Assembly: GCA_043772415.1 (NCBI GenBank)
Contig: JAYVGF010000055.1
Span: 1 to 32,050 of the forward strand
Reading direction: 5' to 3'
Source of the DNA: Betaproteobacteria bacterium
Lineage (GTDB): Bacteria; Pseudomonadota; Gammaproteobacteria; Burkholderiales; JBEEJL01
DNA length: 32,050 nt
Below the pieces are notes generated by a model that saw only the letters and a program-made list of their open reading frames with translations, had not been told where the DNA came from and did not search any database. Numbering within the stretch: position 1 is the first letter of the stretch; every line of letters begins with the position of its first letter. Shown one piece after another: positions 25,266 to 32,050 of this stretch. Both the position numbers and the translations under genes were made by a program.

Positions 25266-28200
25266 TTATTTGCTGATCGTGTTAGTGGATGCTGCGGGCA
25301 GATCCGGCACCGGAATATTTTTTTCCGACTCCGTTCCTTTGGCGGGGCTGCTGCTCGGAACAGGCAAGCGAGGTTTCACCAACGGTTGATTCGCACTATC
25401 GGTTCCTTCTTGCGGATAGCCTGCTGCCTTACCGTGGAATTTAAGCGCCGGGGCGCCTTGCTTCTCGCTTTCCGGCGAGCGCACTTCACCCTGGCTGCGC
25501 CGCGCCTTGACTTGTTCGAGCACAGTATTGGAACAAGAACCTTCGATAAAATCAGCGCGGTGCAATTCGCCATTCTTGATGTCGAGGAACAGTGAGTTGG
25601 CGTCACCGGCGTTGCGGTTGCTCGACGTCGTGAGTCGGCTGCCGCGAGGCAAAGTAGTGGCATCCACTTTTAGCATATGCGTCATCGGCTTCAATCCGCA
25701 GTAGCTGTACTTGCCTTCCACATCGCTGACCAAATATGTTCCGTCTTCGAGGTACAAGCGTACGCCGGGGATGCCGATTTCTTCCGCGTCCTGCACCGCA
25801 TTGCCGTTGCAATCGACGAATATTTTTCCGACTACGCAGGCGTCCTTGCTGAACACGCCGCCGGTGACTTTTACTTTGAAACGCGCTTCGTTGGAACGAA
25901 CCGTATCCGATACCGCTTGTACGACGTTGATGCCTGAGCCTTCCAAGCTACCTACAGCAGCACGCGCGCGGTAAGTGAAAGTCAGTAACTGATTAACCGC
26001 CAATGCACCCAACCTGAAATTGAGTTGCGGTCCGAGGCCAGCAATGCCCGCCACTGCATCGGTCACCGCTACGCTGTCGATAGTGGTCGAGCCGGGAATA
26101 TATTTGAATCCCGCAGGCAAACGATCCATGGCAACGACCAATGGCAACGGCGAGCCGAATGCGTGACGAACTTGGATGGTGTATTTCAATGTGTCGCCGA
26201 GTTCGACCACTGAACGATCGCCGGTTTTGCTGGCGAAGATTTTGGTCGGCACTGCAGGATCAAGCGGAATGTGATTGTGAATCACGTCCTTCGCGCCTTG
26301 GGTCAAAGCAAACGAAACAAAGTAGTTTGTCGATTCGCCAACCCGAGGAGAGCCTGCCTGCACCTGGACTTCAAACGCCGGCGTAGCAGGATTCGCGTCG
26401 GCAACGCCTGCAGCCGGTGCGGCTGAATTCAGCGTGATAGTTTTCGCCGGTATGCTTTTCGCGAGCCCGGGCAAGTAACCGGATGGAACCGACGTCACAT
26501 CCAAAGTAAACTCACCTGTGACACCTGCTTGCAGGATGAACTGATAAGCACCCGACGCACCGGTACTCATCGACACACAACTCGCATCGACTACGTTATA
26601 CAACGCGCCGTTGATCAAGTCGGTCGGCGCCATAGCTGCGCCCTTACGGCAGAATTTCACCACCGCATTGACAACCGGCTGACGCGTCACCGCGTCGTAC
26701 ACCACGCCGGACGGATCGAGCGGCAAGTCTTGTGCTGCCAAGGTTGTACCCGCCGGCAAGCTGGCGATATCGACCGCAAAGCGATTGCCGTTGCTGACAG
26801 ATTGCGTGGTGCCGGAATTATTCACCGGTGTGATCCACGGCACGGCTTTTAACGGATCGACAGATGCCTGGGTATCGTCGAAAAATTGCAGACGGTATTT
26901 CGATGTCGTCGTGGTCGGTTCGAGATTATCGATTTTGTAATGACCGTTGGCATCCACTATCGCCGTGCCTTTGACGACGGGGTGGACAGGATCGGCATAA
27001 TCGATCACCGCAACACGCCAGCCGGGCAAGGGCAATTCGCCTTGCTCGTTCTGCTGGTTCGCGTTGGTATTTTCCAGCCATGCGCTACCGCTGACCGCAG
27101 CGGGCTTCTGCACTTGCAATGCATCCTGGCAAGCATTGGCCGGGCCGCAAGCAGCGAGCTGTGCGCTTTTGTCCGTCAGTGCCGCTTCCTCTGCCATGGT
27201 GGGTTGACGATCCGGCGTAGTTTCGCCGCCGCCTTTAATGAGAACCTTGTTCGCGATTTCGGCGCTGGTGCTAACGGTTTCTTTGACGAAGGCTTTTAAC
27301 TGAATCGGATTAGGGCTGACTGCTCCGGCGGCTATAACCTCCGTGCTATCGCAACGAACCTGATCGGCCGATGCGGTAGCGACAAGGGAACACTTCCAAC
27401 CGGTTCCTGCAGCGGTCAAAGCTTCGGCGTTTACTTTCAGGCCTTCAGCTAATTGTGCCAATACGGAATAACTGCCGACCGTCGGTTGTTGCCCGGCGTT
27501 GTTCACCACGATGGTCAAGTTGCCGCTGTTGTTGAGGGTAAACTTGGCCGGACTATGCGACAGGTTGACTTTGAGATCCGGCCCGAGAGGAAAATAGCCG
27601 GTATTCAATGCAACCGTATTGGTGCCGGCTATCACTAGCACGCTCTGATCTTCGCTGCTTGCTGTGGTCAACTCAAAATTGACCGGGCGGGTAATGACAA
27701 TACGCGCTGCGCCGGATGGCAATTCCGCTGCGTAGTTGCCGGTAGCATCGGTCTTGATGTCGATGTAATTCTGGCCGGTGAGCGCGTCAACATAACCGCA
27801 GCAAGGATACACTCGCACCGGAATATCTTTGAAATCGGCTTCGCCGGATTTCTGCGCCTGGTCTTTATTCAGATCAATCCAGACGTGACCGCTTAAACCG
27901 CCGACCGCTTCGCCAAAGTTATAACCGGCATAGACTATTGGGCTGGCTGCATTAATGCTGGTGATACGATCAGCGCCTACGCCTGCAGACAAGCCTGCGC
28001 CAGAAGTAACGGTACCGTTGTTGGCATTCGTGTCGCTGCCCGCCGTATCTTTACCGTCGCCATAACCGGCGGGTTGGGTTTCTTCAACAGTGTAATTAGT
28101 GCCGACGGGAACAATGATGGCGTAGCTGCCGTCGGGTTTGGTAGTAGTCGCAATAGAGCCTGCAGCGGGTAACACACCGTCTTTCACCGTAACGACGACA

Positions 28201-31200
28201 CCGCCGATTCCTTGCTCAGCCGTATCCTTCACGCCATTGTTATTACTGTCTTTATAAACGCTGCCGCTCAGCGCTGCATAGTTGAGCGGCGTCTTGATAT
28301 TGTTGGCTGCATCGTCGGCGGGTTTAGTTGCATCGCCCGCAGTCGGATTGACACCGTCGGTGGATTTGTCGCTGACGCTATTGCCGGCTATATCTTTTGC
28401 GACCACTTCAGCTTGTCCATCATGCGCTCCCGCTTCGGGTTTAACACGCAAACTGATTTGGAAAATACCGAACGCAGCGGGCTTGAGATTCGAAGCACTG
28501 GTGACCAACACGTTGTTGGCCACCGTGCCATCAAAGGCGCCGCTACTGGTGATGGTATTTAGACTCAACGCTGAACCTGCTGTTGGCGCAGTCACATTGG
28601 ATAATGATTTCACCGCCACCAACTCGGCCGGCTTGAACGGCGCACCGCTTCCGACTGCACCTACCAAAGTATCGGTGATCAGTACATTCTGCAGCTCCAC
28701 CGGGCCGCTATTGCTGACTTTGTATTCAATCACTACATCGTATTGCCCCGGCGTTGCCGCCACCGGAATATTGGAAACCACGCGCTTGGCCAAGCCAATT
28801 GCACCCTTGGGTAATTCGCCAAACACATGGCCCGGGAACGCAATAGGTGAATTGGGTTTAACGGCGGACATAGTCGCGGATGCGCCTGCGCTCGGTGCGC
28901 CAGTGCCACTGGTTGAAGCAGGCTGCGTTGATTTACCGTCAGACAAACCACCCGCCGCTGCAGCTTTGCTCAAGCTGTACGCAAGATCGTTGGCGGCCAA
29001 TACCGGCACGGTGAAACTATATGCACCCGTGGTACCAGTAGCCACTACAATGCTTGGCGTTGCGCCACTTAGCGTTCCGCCAGCGAGCTTGATTTCCCGT
29101 CCGGCAACACCGGTTTCATTGGCGCCAGCTTGCACGCCATCGTTATTGTTGTCTTTGTAAACCACGCCTGAAACAGTAGCGAAAGACAATGGCGTCAATG
29201 AATCGCCGGAAGGCGAAGTGCCGTCATTGGATTTATCCGTTACCGCTACATCGCCCGCGTCTTTGCCGTTAATAATGGCCTGACTGTTGTGATCGCCTGC
29301 GTTCGGTTTCACGCGCACCGTCAGCGTGACCTGCGCCGTGGCGTTGGCGGCTAATGTGCCGCCGACAATCATTGTTTGAGTTACCGGCGTAGCACCGTCG
29401 CCGCTATAGCCACCGGCGCCAGTTGTTGCAGGCGTCAACGTCGATCCGCTGGAAACTACCGGAGCGGAAATAGACAGCACACTTACAACTTCTGCTGCAG
29501 TAAAGGGAACCGTCACGCCTGTCGCGCCGTTGAACAGCGGATCGCTTACCGTGACATTCGAGATCGAAACCGATGAAGGATTGGCGACGTTGTATTCATA
29601 GGTCACATCGAACTGAGCCGGTTGGCCGGTAACCGGCGCTATGGATTTCACCCGTTTTGCGATAGCTACATTACCGCCCACCAGTTCGCCGAAATTATTA
29701 TCCGTCGAAACAAAATTAGTTTCGGTCAAGGTGATGTTGAACAGCCCGTCACTGCCGCCGTTAAACACGCTGCCTGCTGCTTGTGCGCTTGCGCTTGCCG
29801 AGGGCGAAGCCCCCAAACTGCCCGCCGTGTCTATGCCGTCGGCATATCCCGCTGGCTGCACTTCTTCTACCGAAAATTTCGTACTGGCGCTGATAACCGG
29901 AACCAGCACGCTATAGCTGCCCTTCGCGGGCGTGTCGGCACTGTCGCTGACAGTCTCGATCCCCCCCGCTGGCAAGTCACCGCCATTTACCATCAGCTTG
30001 ACGCCGCCGATGCCTTTTTCTGTCGGCGTGTTTGCCGTTTCATAAAGACCGTTATTATTCAGATCTTCATACACTCTGCCGCTGATCTGGCCGAAGATGA
30101 TCGGTGTCGGTACGTCGTTAGCCGCATCATCGGCCTTGCCTGCGTTCGGCGTTGAAGTCATCACCGCCGAAATGTTGTTTGCGGATTTGTCGTTGACGGC
30201 ATTGCCTATTGGATCACTCGCGTCGGCAACTGCCTGGCCGTTACGCAAACCGGCTGCCGCTTTTACGCGAACCGTCATGCGAGCTTTGATCGCCGTCTTG
30301 ATGCTGGGCGTATCGGCCGGCAAACTGCCGGCCACAATCAGTTTGATGGCATTGCCGCCGACATTGCCATCCCCGATGTAACCCGTACTGCCAACTGTGT
30401 TGGCCGTCGCGGTCGCACCGTTCACTAAATCGGTGATCGTGATGGACTGCACGCCGATAATTTCTGCGGCCTGCCATGGGCTAGATGTGGTTGCGCTGGT
30501 GCCGAATAAAGCATCCGACAATTGCACATTGTTGATCGGCACTAAGCCTTTGTTTTCTATCATAAATTCATGTGTGATATCAAATTGGCCAGGCTGTCCC
30601 AATACAGGCACAGCAGCAACAATGCGCTTGGCAACGCCGATCGAACCCTTGGGCAATTCAGTGAAGTCATTATTGGCGTAGTCGAGTATCGGCGCGCCGC
30701 TGCCATCGACTGCATCGGTGAACAAAGCGGTGATGACGCTGCTGTTTGCAGTCATCACTGCTGGCACGGCAGGATTTGCCGCAACCGCGGCCTTAATTGA
30801 GTAGCCTTCATTCAAACCGGCTGGATTGGTTTCCGTTACCGTATAGGGCGTGGAGGATACCGGCACCGCCACGCTGTACGCGCCGGCTATGCTTGTTTCG
30901 CTGACAGGATTTGCCAGTTCGTCACCGGAGACGGTGATGGTTGTGTCGAGAGATGGCTCGGTTGTGTCCTTGATGCGATTATTGTTTTCATCTTTCCACA
31001 CCTTGCCGGATATCGCAGCAAACCTGATTTCAGTCGGAACATCGTTGACCGTATCCTGACTGTCTTTTGTATTGTCGTTGCCTGGGTTGCCGCTGTTCGG
31101 CGAGGTGCCATTATTCGATCTATCTTCTACGTTGCTGCCGGACGAGTCTTTCGACTTCACTATTGCCTGGCCAATTTTTTGGCCTTTGGTTGGTTTTACA

Positions 31201-32050
31201 TGGATGACAACACGGGCAATCAGACTATCGCCGGGAGACAACACGCCGCCAGTCGCAATGACGGAATTGCCAGCGTTGCCGTCATACAAAGACTGAACCA
31301 CCGGCGCCACTGATCCGGCTAACGCGGGAGGCACCAAAATAACTTTGCTTTGCACACCGAGACCGGCATCGGAAACTTCCGCAAGTGCGAATGGAATATT
31401 TACGCCGCTGCCGATTAACTGGTCAGATATTTCCACGTCCGTCAGCGTCTCATCGCCCTCGTTGACTACCTTGATGTCATAGGTAATGGCGTATTTCGCC
31501 AACGAGCCGATCGGCTTGATGGATACTTTATGTTTTGCCGCGCCTATCTTGCGTTTGGGAAAGCTGACTGGGGTTGATGAAGGAATATCTGCATTAGGCA
31601 AAGTTGGCAGAACTAAAGCATTGGTAGATTGATCGACCGCCAGTGCGTTAATCGGCGCTGTGACTGCGCCTGCGTTAGGTATCGTATGCCCGGCGTTCGG
31701 ACCCGAAGCGGACGATGCCCAGGTGTCATTGTTTTGAATGACGACGGGTAGCGGATTGATGCCGTAATCGAGACTGACGGTAAAGTTAATCGTGCAGCTG
31801 CCGCCGACCGGTAAATTCTGATTGCCCGCCAGCAATGCGATATTGCCTACACCGTTATAAACACTGGCGGGAGCGCTACAGTTCGCCGCTGTCGCCGGCG
31901 CGTTTGCGGTAACACTGAATCCACTGACGGCTATAACAGGTGCCGTACCAAACGTGTGCACCAAGTTGTCCACCGTCTGCACATTAGTGGCAGCGACAGT
32001 GCCGGTGTTGCCGATAATAATCGCGTACGGCAAATTGAAAGTTTTACCTG
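25266..32050 (-). CDS. Giant repetitive surface protein/adhesin (DUF11-like plus SdrD-B/Cna-B-like modules), 5'-truncated by the window edge
   Basis: The frame stays open to position 32050. The ORF-track M at 32033 is an internal TTG, and upstream codons read GKTFN with no stop. More than 2,260 aa are visible. Composition is Thr/Ala/Gly/Val/Asn-rich. There are repeated IG(V/L)AKR(V/I)...PGQ(F/Y)D(I/V)...V(R/H)VKP modules (DUF11-like) alternating with (I/L)SG.VY.D.NNNG...G(S/A)Y...V...PAGY..G modules (SdrD B-like). A canonical DUF11 lies at 25863-26243 (ASKTGDRSVVELGDTLKYTIQVRH...), followed by GKIFVDCNGNAVQDAEEIGIPGVRLYLEDGTYLVSDVEGKYSY. Confidence 0.9.
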   Translation of the reverse strand, partial: GKTFNLPYAIIIGNTGTVAATNVQTVDNLVHTFGTAPVIAVSGFSVTANAPATAANCSAPASVYNGVGNIALLAGNQNLPVGGSCTINFTVSLDYGINPLPVVIQNNDTWASSASGPNAGHTIPNAGAVTAPINALAVDQSTNALVLPTLPNADIPSSTPVSFPKRKIGAAKHKVSIKPIGSLAKYAITYDIKVVNEGDETLTDVEISDQLIGSGVNIPFALAEVSDAGLGVQSKVILVPPALAGSVAPVVQSLYDGNAGNSVIATGGVLSPGDSLIARVVIHVKPTKGQKIGQAIVKSKDSSGSNVEDRSNNGTSPNSGNPGNDNTKDSQDTVNDVPTEIRFAAISGKVWKDENNNRIKDTTEPSLDTTITVSGDELANPVSETSIAGAYSVAVPVSSTPYTVTETNPAGLNEGYSIKAAVAANPAVPAVMTANSSVITALFTDAVDGSGAPILDYANNDFTELPKGSIGVAKRIVAAVPVLGQPGQFDITHEFMIENKGLVPINNVQLSDALFGTSATTSSPWQAAEIIGVQSITITDLVNGATATANTVGSTGYIGDGNVGGNAIKLIVAGSLPADTPSIKTAIKARMTVRVKAAAGLRNGQAVADASDPIGNAVNDKSANNISAVMTSTPNAGKADDAANDVPTPIIFGQISGRVYEDLNNNGLYETANTPTEKGIGGVKLMVNGGDLPAGGIETVSDSADTPAKGSYSVLVPVISASTKFSVEEVQPAGYADGIDTAGSLGASPSASASAQAAGSVFNGGSDGLFNITLTETNFVSTDNNFGELVGGNVAIAKRVKSIAPVTGQPAQFDVTYEYNVANPSSVSISNVTVSDPLFNGATGVTVPFTAAEVVSVLSISAPVVSSGSTLTPATTGAGGYSGDGATPVTQTMIVGGTLAANATAQVTLTVRVKPNAGDHNSQAIINGKDAGDVAVTDKSNDGTSPSGDSLTPLSFATVSGVVYKDNNNDGVQAGANETGVAGREIKLAGGTLSGATPSIVVATGTTGAYSFTVPVLAANDLAYSLSKAAAAGGLSDGKSTQPASTSGTGAPSAGASATMSAVKPNSPIAFPGHVFGELPKGAIGLAKRVVSNIPVAATPGQYDVVIEYKVSNSGPVELQNVLITDTLVGAVGSGAPFKPAELVAVKSLSNVTAPTAGSALSLNTITSSGAFDGTVANNVLVTSASNLKPAAFGIFQISLRVKPEAGAHDGQAEVVAKDIAGNSVSDKSTDGVNPTAGDATKPADDAANNIKTPLNYAALSGSVYKDSNNNGVKDTAEQGIGGVVVTVKDGVLPAAGSIATTTKPDGSYAIIVPVGTNYTVEETQPAGYGDGKDTAGSDTNANNGTVTSGAGLSAGVGADRITSINAASPIVYAGYNFGEAVGGLSGHVWIDLNKDQAQKSGEADFKDIPVRVYPCCGYVDALTGQNYIDIKTDATGNYAAELPSGAARIVITRPVNFELTTASSEDQSVLVIAGTNTVALNTGYFPLGPDLKVNLSHSPAKFTLNNSGNLTIVVNNAGQQPTVGSYSVLAQLAEGLKVNAEALTAAGTGWKCSLVATASADQVRCDSTEVIAAGAVSPNPIQLKAFVKETVSTSAEIANKVLIKGGGETTPDRQPTMAEEAALTDKSAQLAACGPANACQDALQVQKPAAVSGSAWLENTNANQQNEQGELPLPGWRVAVIDYADPVHPVVKGTAIVDANGHYKIDNLEPTTTTSKYRLQFFDDTQASVDPLKAVPWITPVNNSGTTQSVSNGNRFAVDIASLPAGTTLAAQDLPLDPSGVVYDAVTRQPVVNAVVKFCRKGAAMAPTDLINGALYNVVDASCVSMSTGASGAYQFILQAGVTGEFTLDVTSVPSGYLPGLAKSIPAKTITLNSAAPAAGVADANPATPAFEVQVQAGSPRVGESTNYFVSFALTQGAKDVIHNHIPLDPAVPTKIFASKTGDRSVVELGDTLKYTIQVRHAFGSPLPLVVAMDRLPAGFKYIPGSTTIDSVAVTDAVAGIAGLGPQLNFRLGALAVNQLLTFTYRARAAVGSLEGSGINVVQAVSDTVRSNEARFKVKVTGGVFSKDACVVGKIFVDCNGNAVQDAEEIGIPGVRLYLEDGTYLVSDVEGKYSYCGLKPMTHMLKVDATTLPRGSRLTTSSNRNAGDANSLFLDIKNGELHRADFIEGSCSNTVLEQVKARRSQGEVRSPESEKQGAPALKFHGKAAGYPQEGTDSANQPLVKPRLPVPSSSPAKGTESEKNIPVPDLPAASTNTISK
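27897..31547 (-). repeat. Four tandem, diverged coding super-repeats of about 290-325 aa, each a DUF11-like plus SdrD-B-like pair
   Basis: Module starts are at 31547 (IGAAKHKV), 30641 (IGVAKRIV), 29669 (VAIAKRVK) and 28799 (IGLAKRVV), giving periods of 906, 972 and 870 nt. By eye, protein identity between modules is roughly 35-45 percent, with no long exact DNA repeats. Confidence 0.75.

Noticed and set aside
28282-29160. 292-aa plus-strand ORF (and similar ones at 29622-30155, 30097-30381, 26886-27299 and 24456-25007) antisense to the giant protein and barrel genes
   Set aside because: These are low-complexity Ala/Pro/Leu/Ser-rich mirror-frame products of the Gly/Ala/Thr/Val-rich sense frame. 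They have no SD or sensible start and no recognisable domains, whereas the sense frame has clear modular domain structure across 6.8 kb.
25266-32050. Giant protein as a classical T1SS RTX/LapA-like adhesin, an autotransporter or a TPS exoprotein
   Set aside because: There are no GGxGxD nonapeptide repeats, no C-terminal barrel or T1SS-like acidic C-terminus pattern, and no ABC/MFP/TolC or TpsB gene in the 11 kb downstream. The N-terminus and upstream genes are outside the window, so TPS or T1SS cannot be fully excluded.
1-32050. Search for CRISPR arrays, tRNA/rRNA genes, IS elements, integrases, prophage or defence-island hallmarks
   Set aside because: I saw no regularly spaced direct repeats, no cloverleaf-like or rRNA-like segments in intergenic DNA, and no transposase, recombinase, nuclease or ATPase defence-type ORFs. 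Intergenic regions are short apart from 15670-16104 and 9335-9576.

Overview
This is a 32 kb chromosomal segment that looks betaproteobacterial, judging by the EarP-type EF-P system and the PP0621/PilS/PilR-like operon. I saw no tRNA, rRNA, CRISPR array, transposase or integrase. All but two genes are on the minus strand. Positions 1-17,200 are mostly housekeeping or ordinary accessory genes: efp plus the EF-P arginine rhamnosyltransferase earP, a DUF1993 protein, an OYE flavin reductase, a SET-domain methyltransferase, MFS and DMT transporters, folE, an OmpA-like protein, class Ia ribonucleotide reductase nrdA/nrdB split by a DUF1508 gene and a kbp/ygaU-like gene, and ampD. Positions 17,281-20,530 encode a translationally coupled PP0621-family / PilS-like kinase / PilR-like sigma-54 activator operon. 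Positions 20,756-32,050 are the most interesting part. A giant surface protein (more than 2,260 aa, 5' end outside the window) is built from alternating DUF11-like and SdrD-B/Cna-B-like Ig-fold modules. It is followed within 10 nt by a 1,110-aa protein with an N-terminal Big_1-like Ig domain and a long C-terminal beta-barrel-like region, and then by an OmpA-family peptidoglycan-binding protein. No known secretion machinery (T1SS, TpsB, autotransporter barrel, usher, sortase signal) is visible for the giant protein, so I flag this trio as a candidate undescribed surface-fibre export/anchoring module. Other observations: a strand-biased 13-nt motif, AATCAAWWAGTTA, fits the IHF consensus and recurs at gene boundaries. 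One protein appears to have a receiver-like domain followed by tandem DEP domains. A tandem NrdR-box pair overlaps a predicted nrdA promoter. All functional calls come from reading the translated ORFs and DNA by eye. No database search was run.
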